This document shows, piece after piece, positions 58,384-64,000 of a stretch of DNA of 64,000 bases. Each line of letters begins with the position of its first letter. Position 1 is the first letter of the stretch. Source of the DNA: an uncultured Flavobacteriales bacterium (GTDB lineage Bacteria > Bacteroidota > Bacteroidia > Flavobacteriales_D > CAJJDF01); assembly GCA_938009745.1 (NCBI GenBank), contig CALLII010000025.1, positions 586-64,585 on the forward strand, in the 5' to 3' direction. A model generated the notes under the pieces. The model saw nothing but the letters and a program-made list of their open reading frames with translations, searched no databases and had not been told where the DNA came from. A program made the position numbers and the translations under genes.

Positions 58384-59733
58384 ATGAAAGCATTAATAGA
58401 TAAAATAAAACAAATTTGGAGTATTGAGGAACTTAGGAATAGAATAATCCTAACGCTTTCTCTTATACTTATCTACCGTATTGGCTCTTTTATTGTTTTG
58501 CCTGGAGTAGATTATGAAGTTATGCTAACAAAGCAAACTGATGGTATACTTGGTTTTATAAATTTATTTAGTGGAGGAGCATTTTCAAGAGCGTCTTTAA
58601 TGGCATTGGGTATTATGCCCTATATATCTGCATCTATTATCATGCAGTTAGCAGGTATAGCTGTTCCAGCAATTCAAAAAATGCAATCAGAAGGTGAAAG
58701 TGGAAGAAAGAAAATTAATCAATTTACTAGAATCTTAACAATAGGTATTTGTGCATTACAGGCACCAGGATATTTAACTCAATTTGTCCCTAGAGAAGCT
58801 ATAATGGGTGGAGGTACTGACGCTATTCCTGTTATTTGGTGGATTACATCTGTGATCTTACTTATAGCTGGTTGTGTATTTGCAATGTGGCTAGGTGAAA
58901 AAATTACTGATAAAGGAATCGGAAATGGTATTTCTATCCTTATTATGATCGGAATTATTGCAGGATTACCTGGAGCTTTTGTTTCGGAAATTGCAAGTAA
59001 AATGGGAGGCGGTGGTTTTGTAATGCTTCTACTAGAAATTGTTTTCTTAGTTGTTGTTACAATAATCTCGATATTACTAGTACAAGGAACTAGGAGAATA
59101 CCAATTCAATCCACAAAAAGAGTTGTAGGTGCTAGAGGAAATAGCAACATGGTTGAAGGTGGTGCAAGATCCTATATACCTTTAAAAGTTAATGCTGCAG
59201 GAGTAATGCCTATTATATTTGCTCAAGCGCTTATGTTTATTCCTGCTTTGGTATCACCAAATTCAGCAGAATTTACAAACATTAACGGATTTTGGTATAA
59301 TTTTCTTTTTGCTTTAATGATTATAATATTTACTTATTTCTACACGGCTATTACTGTAAATCCTAAGAAAATAGCTGAAGATTTAAATAGAAGTGGGAGT
59401 TTTATACCAGGTGTTAAACCAGGAGAAAAGACGGCTGATTTTATTGATACTTTGTTGTCAAGGATTACATTGCCAGGTTCAATAATGCTTGCACTAATTG
59501 CAATATTACCTGTTTTTGCATATAAGGCTGGAATAGTACAAGAATTTGCTTTGTTTTATGGAGGGACTTCACTACTAATCCTAGTAGGTGTTATGTTAGA
59601 TACATTACAACAAATTGAAAGTCATTTATTAAGTCGTCATTATGACGGATTGATGAAGACAGGTAAAGTAAAAGGTAGATCATCTGGAGGAACTGCATTT
59701 CAAAGTGCAGGGAATAATACCAGTTCTATATAA
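58384..59733 (+). CDS. secY: Preprotein translocase subunit SecY
   Basis: 10-TM protein. LGIMPYISASIIMQL and GTSLLILVGVMLDTLQQIESHL motifs. Confidence 0.96.
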   Translation: MKALIDKIKQIWSIEELRNRIILTLSLILIYRIGSFIVLPGVDYEVMLTKQTDGILGFINLFSGGAFSRASLMALGIMPYISASIIMQLAGIAVPAIQKMQSEGESGRKKINQFTRILTIGICALQAPGYLTQFVPREAIMGGGTDAIPVIWWITSVILLIAGCVFAMWLGEKITDKGIGNGISILIMIGIIAGLPGAFVSEIASKMGGGGFVMLLLEIVFLVVVTIISILLVQGTRRIPIQSTKRVVGARGNSNMVEGGARSYIPLKVNAAGVMPIIFAQALMFIPALVSPNSAEFTNINGFWYNFLFALMIIIFTYFYTAITVNPKKIAEDLNRSGSFIPGVKPGEKTADFIDTLLSRITLPGSIMLALIAILPVFAYKAGIVQEFALFYGGTSLLILVGVMLDTLQQIESHLLSRHYDGLMKTGKVKGRSSGGTAFQSAGNNTSSI

Positions 59734-59750
59734 AAATTGGATAACTAGAA

Positions 59751-60530
59751 ATGGGAATTCATTATAAGACGAAAGAGGAGATAGAATTAATAAGACATAG
59801 TTCTTTACTTGTTGGTAAAACTTTAGCAGAAGTTGCTAAACTAATTAAGCCAGGTGTTAACTCACTTGAGTTGGATAAAATAGCCGAAGAATTCATTAGA
59901 GATAATGGTGGTGTTCCAACTTTTTTAGGTTACAATGGTTTTCCAGGATCTTTATGTGTATCAGTTAATGATTGCGTAGTTCATGGAATACCAAATGCCA
60001 AGCCACTAGAAAATGGAGATGTAATATCTGTAGATTGTGGAGTTTTTAAAAATGGTTTTAATGGTGATTCAGCTTACACTTTTCAAGTAGGTGAAGTTGA
60101 TAGACAAGTTCAACAGTTATTAAAAGTAACTCAAGAATGTCTTCAAAAAGCAGTGGAAGCTTGCAGAGAGGGAAACAGAATAGGAGATATTGGAAGTGCA
60201 GTTCAAACTCATGCAGAAAGTTATGGTTACGGAGTAGTGAGAGAATTAGTAGGTCATGGTCTAGGTGCTGAACTCCACGAAAAACCTGAAGTTCCAAATT
60301 ATGGAAAAGCAGGAAGAGGATTAAAACTAAGAGAAGGATTAGTATTGGCAATAGAGCCAATGATAAATTTAGGAACTAAAGACATAGATCAATTAAACGA
60401 TGGATGGTCAATAGTAACTTTAGATGGTAAACCTTCAGCTCATTTTGAGCATGATGTAGCTATAGTTGATGGGAAACCTGAGGTTTTATCTACATTTGAA
60501 TATATAGAAGAAGCATTAAAGAATAAATAA
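59751..60530 (+). CDS. map: Type I methionine aminopeptidase
   Basis: VVHGIP...GDVISVDCG...NGFNGDSAYTF...GHGLG...LAIEPM...HFEHDV metal-ligand pattern. Confidence 0.93.
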   Translation: MGIHYKTKEEIELIRHSSLLVGKTLAEVAKLIKPGVNSLELDKIAEEFIRDNGGVPTFLGYNGFPGSLCVSVNDCVVHGIPNAKPLENGDVISVDCGVFKNGFNGDSAYTFQVGEVDRQVQQLLKVTQECLQKAVEACREGNRIGDIGSAVQTHAESYGYGVVRELVGHGLGAELHEKPEVPNYGKAGRGLKLREGLVLAIEPMINLGTKDIDQLNDGWSIVTLDGKPSAHFEHDVAIVDGKPEVLSTFEYIEEALKNK

Positions 60531-60533
60531 TAA

Positions 60534-60752
60534 ATGGTAAAACAAGCGTCAATAGAACAAGACGGATTGATAATTGAAGCGTTATCAAATGCAAAATTCA
60601 AGGTAGAACTTGAGAATGGGCATGTAATAACGGCTCATATTTCAGGAAAGATGAGAATGCACTACATTAAAATCTTACCTGGTGACAAAGTAAAAGTAGT
60701 AATGTCTCCTTATGATTTAACTCAAGGGAGAATAACATTAAGATATAAATAA
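60534..60752 (+). CDS. infA: Translation initiation factor IF-1
   Basis: 72 aa. [46 protein letters not shown]. Confidence 0.96.
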   Translation: MVKQASIEQDGLIIEALSNAKFKVELENGHVITAHISGKMRMHYIKILPGDKVKVVMSPYDLTQGRITLRYK

Positions 60753-60768
60753 AAGTTAATATCAAAAG

Positions 60769-60885
60769 ATGAAAACAAGAGCATCAGTAAAAAAAAGATC
60801 TGCAGATTGTAAAATCGTAAGAAGAAAGGGCAGATTGTACGTGATTAACAAGAAGAATCCAAAATTTAAACAAAGACAAGGATAA
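60769..60885 (+). CDS. rpmJ: 50S ribosomal protein L36 (hand-called; zinc-ligand-poor form)
   Basis: Hand translation gives [38 protein letters not shown] (38 aa). Sits between infA and rpsM. Confidence 0.9.
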   Translation: MKTRASVKKRSADCKIVRRKGRLYVINKKNPKFKQRQG

Positions 60886-60895
60886 ACAAAAGATT

Positions 60896-61273
60896 ATGGC
60901 AAGAATTTCAGGAATAGACTTACCAAAGAATAAAAGAGGAGTTATTGGATTAACTTACATATTTGGAATAGGTAGAGGAAGAGCTAAAGAAATATTAAGC
61001 TCAGCTGGTATTGACGAGAACATCAAAGTTCAAGATTGGGATGATGATCAACTAAGTAAAATTAGAACTACTATCACAGAAACCTTTAAGGTTGAAGGTG
61101 CTCTTAGATCAGAAGTACAATTGAACATTAAAAGGTTAATGGATATTGGTTGTTACAGAGGAATACGTCACAGAAGTGGACTACCTTTGAGAGGACAAAG
61201 AACCAAGAATAATTCAAGAACTAGAAAAGGAAGAAAGAAAACAGTTGCTAACAAAAAGAAAGTAACTAAATAA
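60896..61273 (+). CDS. rpsM: 30S ribosomal protein S13
   Basis: [14 protein letters not shown]...[28 protein letters not shown]. Confidence 0.97.
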   Translation: MARISGIDLPKNKRGVIGLTYIFGIGRGRAKEILSSAGIDENIKVQDWDDDQLSKIRTTITETFKVEGALRSEVQLNIKRLMDIGCYRGIRHRSGLPLRGQRTKNNSRTRKGRKKTVANKKKVTK

Positions 61274-61288
61274 TAAGAATAGTTTATT

Positions 61289-61675
61289 ATGGCAAAGGTA
61301 AATAAAGTAAAGAAAAAGAAAGTTGTTGTTGAAGCAATGGGGCAAGCTCATATTCAAGCATCTTTTAATAATATTATTATCTCTTTAACTAACAATAGCG
61401 GTCAAGTTATATCTTGGTCATCTGCTGGTAAAATGGGATTTAGAGGTTCTAAAAAGAATACTCCTTATGCAGCACAAATGGCAGCAGAAGATTGTTCTAA
61501 AGAAGCATTTGAATTTGGACTTAGAAAAGTAAAAGTTTATGTTAAAGGACCTGGACAAGGAAGAGAATCTGCTATCAGATCTATTCACAATGCAGGAATT
61601 ATTGTTACAGAAATTATTGATGTAACACCTATACCGCATAACGGATGTCGTCCACCAAAAAGAAGAAGAGTTTAA
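61289..61675 (+). CDS. rpsK: 30S ribosomal protein S11
   Basis: [30 protein letters not shown]...[16 protein letters not shown]. Confidence 0.97.
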   Translation: MAKVNKVKKKKVVVEAMGQAHIQASFNNIIISLTNNSGQVISWSSAGKMGFRGSKKNTPYAAQMAAEDCSKEAFEFGLRKVKVYVKGPGQGRESAIRSIHNAGIIVTEIIDVTPIPHNGCRPPKRRRV

Positions 61676-61719
61676 TTTAACAATATAGTATCTCAACAGA
61701 TATACATTAATAAAGAGTT

Positions 61720-62325
61720 ATGGCAAGATATACAGGCCCAAAATCAAGAATTGCAAGAAGGTTTAAAGAACCAATCTTTGGCCCAGATAAGAATTTGGAA
61801 AAAAGACAATACGGTCCAGGACAACATGGTCCTAATAAAAGAAGACCAAAGCAATCTGAATATGGAATTCAATTGATGGAAAAGCAAAAAGCTAAATATA
61901 CTTATGGTATTTTAGAAAAGCAGTTCCGTAATATGTACAAAAAAGCTAAATCAAGTAATGGAATTACTGGTGAAGTTTTATTACAATTGTGCGAAAGAAG
62001 ATTGGATAATGTAGTATACAGATTAGGTGTTTCTCCAACAAGAAGTGGAGCAAGACAATTTGTATCTCACAGACACATTACAGTAAATGGAGAAGTATTA
62101 AACATTCCTTCTTACCAAGTAAAAGAAGGTGATGTTGTAGGAGTAAGAGAGAAATCTAAATCAATTCCTGGTATCACTTCATCACTTGCTACTAACAATA
62201 AATCTTTTGATTGGATGGAATGGAATCCAGCTGAGATGAGCGGTAAGTTTATCAAGGTTCCGGAAAGAGTTCAAATTCCAGAAAATATCAAAGAACAGTT
62301 AATAGTAGAATTATATTCTAAATAA
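61720..62325 (+). CDS. rpsD: 30S ribosomal protein S4
   Basis: [15 protein letters not shown]...[10 protein letters not shown]...[13 protein letters not shown] (S4 domain). Confidence 0.97.
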   Translation: MARYTGPKSRIARRFKEPIFGPDKNLEKRQYGPGQHGPNKRRPKQSEYGIQLMEKQKAKYTYGILEKQFRNMYKKAKSSNGITGEVLLQLCERRLDNVVYRLGVSPTRSGARQFVSHRHITVNGEVLNIPSYQVKEGDVVGVREKSKSIPGITSSLATNNKSFDWMEWNPAEMSGKFIKVPERVQIPENIKEQLIVELYSK

Positions 62326-62351
62326 TAATTAGTAAAAAACATTTTTTTAAA

Positions 62352-63341
62352 ATGGCAATATTAGATTTTCAAAAACCAGATAAGGTAATCATGCTTGATT
62401 CTGATGAGTTCGTAGGTAAATTCGAATTCAGACCACTAGAACCAGGTTATGGAATTACTGTTGGTAATGCATTAAGAAGAATATTATTATCTTCATTAGA
62501 AGGCTTCTCAATCACTTCTCTTCATATAGAAGGAGTTGATCATGAATTTTCTTCTATTAAAGGTGTGGTACAAGATGTAACTGAAATCATTTTGAATTTG
62601 AAGCAAGTACGTTTCAAAAGACAAATAGAAGATACAGAAAATGAAGTAGTAAAGTTTAAGATTAGTAATCAAACTAAATTTACTGCTGCTGATATCGGAA
62701 AAGCAACATCTGCATTTCAAGTAATCAATACAGACATGGTTATTTGTGAAATGGATAAAGGTGTTACTTTAGAAGTAGAATTAAATATTGGAAAAGGAAG
62801 AGGATACAGACCATCAGAAGAAAATAAAGCTGAAAACGCCAAATTAGGAACTGTTGCTATTGATTCTATTTTTACTCCTATTAAAAATGTAAAATACACT
62901 GTAGAAGATTACCGTGTTGAGCAAAGAACAGATTACGAACAATTAAACTTCGAAATTACAACTGATGGTTCTATCGATCCTAAGTCTGCTTTGAAAGAAG
63001 CTGCTAAGATTTTGATTCACCACTTTATGTTATTCTCAGATGAGAGAATTACTTTGGATATTGATGAGAAGAAAAGTGAAGAAGAATTTGATGAAACTTC
63101 ATTACACATGAGACAATTGTTGAAAAACAAATTAGTTGATATGGAATTGTCTGTAAGAGCATTAAACTGTCTTAAGTCTGCAGATGTTGAGACTTTAGGA
63201 GAATTAGTATCTTATCACAAGAGCGATTTATTAAAATTCAGAAACTTCGGAAAGAAATCTCTTACTGAGTTAGAAGAATTGATTGAATCAAAAGGATTGG
63301 CATTCGGAATGGATGTTTCGAAATACAATCTAGATAGCTAA
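62352..63341 (+). CDS. rpoA: DNA-directed RNA polymerase subunit alpha
   Basis: [22 protein letters not shown]... at the N-terminus. C-terminal domain reads [21 protein letters not shown]. Confidence 0.97.
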   Translation: MAILDFQKPDKVIMLDSDEFVGKFEFRPLEPGYGITVGNALRRILLSSLEGFSITSLHIEGVDHEFSSIKGVVQDVTEIILNLKQVRFKRQIEDTENEVVKFKISNQTKFTAADIGKATSAFQVINTDMVICEMDKGVTLEVELNIGKGRGYRPSEENKAENAKLGTVAIDSIFTPIKNVKYTVEDYRVEQRTDYEQLNFEITTDGSIDPKSALKEAAKILIHHFMLFSDERITLDIDEKKSEEEFDETSLHMRQLLKNKLVDMELSVRALNCLKSADVETLGELVSYHKSDLLKFRNFGKKSLTELEELIESKGLAFGMDVSKYNLDS

Positions 63342-63373
63342 AAAAAATATATCACGAGAGATAATAGGAAGAA

Positions 63374-64000
63374 ATGAAACACGGAAAGAAATTTAAAAGT
63401 TTAAGTAGAACTAAATCACACAGAAAAGCACTAATGGGAAACCTTGCTTCTGAATTGATTAAGCACAAGAGAATATCTACTACTCTAACAAAAGGAAAAG
63501 AGCTAAGAAAATACGTAGAGCCAATATTGACTAAATGTAAAACTGATACTACTCATAACAGAAGATTAGCTTTTAAAGCTCTTTTAAGTAATGAGCAAGC
63601 TAAAGGTTTAGTGGCTGAAATGTTTAGAGATATAGCTCCTAAAATTGCTGATCGTCCAGGAGGATATACAAGAATTATTAAATTAGCACCAAGACAAGGT
63701 GATAATGCACCTATGTGTTTTATCGAATTGGTAGACTTTAATGAAGTATATACAGCTGGAGGTACAACTGAAAAGAAACCAGTAAGAAGAAGTAGAAGAG
63801 GAGGTGCTAAGAAAACAACTGACACGCCTGCTACTGAAACTGTTGCTGCAGCTGCTGCTCCAAAAGTAGAAGCTAAGGTTGAAGAAAAAGCTAAAGCTAC
63901 TAAGTCAGATTCTAAAGCAGATGATTTAAAGAAAATTGAAGGTGTAGGACCTAAAGCTGCAGAGGCTATGGTTGCTGGAGGTTTAGTTACATTTGTTGAT
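63374..64000 (+). CDS. rplQ: 50S ribosomal protein L17 with a long C-terminal extension (runs off the window end)
   Basis: Not in the ORF track because there is no stop in the window. Hand translation gives MKHGKKFKSLSRTKSHRKALMGNLASELIKHKRISTT...DRPGGYTRIIKLAPRQGDNAPMCFIELV (L17 core). This is followed by an A/K/E-rich linker and DDLKKIEGVGPKAAEAMVAGGLVTFVD. The frame is open for all 209 codons. Confidence 0.88.
   Translation, partial: MKHGKKFKSLSRTKSHRKALMGNLASELIKHKRISTTLTKGKELRKYVEPILTKCKTDTTHNRRLAFKALLSNEQAKGLVAEMFRDIAPKIADRPGGYTRIIKLAPRQGDNAPMCFIELVDFNEVYTAGGTTEKKPVRRSRRGGAKKTTDTPATETVAAAAAPKVEAKVEEKAKATKSDSKADDLKKIEGVGPKAAEAMVAGGLVTFVD

Noticed and set aside
46130-64000. Antisense or alternative-frame ORFs inside ribosomal genes (for example 47063-47284, 47516-47864, 49716-50020, 52919-53152, 54216-54641, 55967-56173, 57431-57703, 60058-60360, 61418-61696, 62508-62899, 63553-63825).
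   Set aside because: All of them overlap unmistakable, highly conserved ribosomal, EF-G, Map or RpoA coding frames and have no recognisable features of their own.
1-64000. A search of all intergenic gaps for tRNA, rRNA, CRISPR arrays, transposases, integrases, phage genes or recognisable defence systems.
   Set aside because: None was found by eye. The gaps are short and AT-rich, and no ORF shows transposase, integrase or defence-system signature motifs. A tRNAscan/Infernal run would be needed to exclude small RNAs formally.

Overview
The window is an AT-rich chromosomal segment that looks like Bacteroidota, class Flavobacteriia-like. The lineage call rests on type A and type B T9SS C-terminal sorting domains, recurrent TAnnTTTG (-7) promoter motifs, an S46 dipeptidyl peptidase, a GH3-family gene, and a str/S10/spc/alpha ribosomal cluster without tuf. 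No species call is possible from the sequence alone.

Layout:
- 1-17 kb: mixed housekeeping genes (recR partial, EEP nuclease, ytxJ, rsmE, trmD, rplS, an outer-membrane barrel, a GH3-LysE pair, OmpA-like, nhaC).
- 17.3-23.2 kb: a five-gene minus-strand operon. It encodes an ECF sigma factor, a single-pass membrane protein and three divergent paralogous secreted proteins of unknown function.
- 23.4-30.7 kb: hotdog thioesterase, S46 peptidase, THUMP methyltransferase, SurA-like PPIase, MoxR ATPase.
- 30.8-45.0 kb: two very large T9SS type-B cargo proteins of 1249 and 3331 aa.
- 46.1-64.0 kb: 33 contiguous translation and secretion genes, rpsL through rplQ. L30 and L36 are missing from the ORF track and were hand-called.

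The most unusual object is the 10-kb gene at 35046-45041. It contains a ~335-aa region that is about half glycine, encoded by in-frame GGN triplet tracts. It also contains 31 tandem ~50-aa two-cysteine 'CDS...GCDS' repeats that I cannot assign to a known repeat family, including a recent 450-bp higher-order duplication.

I saw no rRNA, tRNA, CRISPR array, transposase or integrase. All functional calls come from reading the translations by eye; no searches were run.
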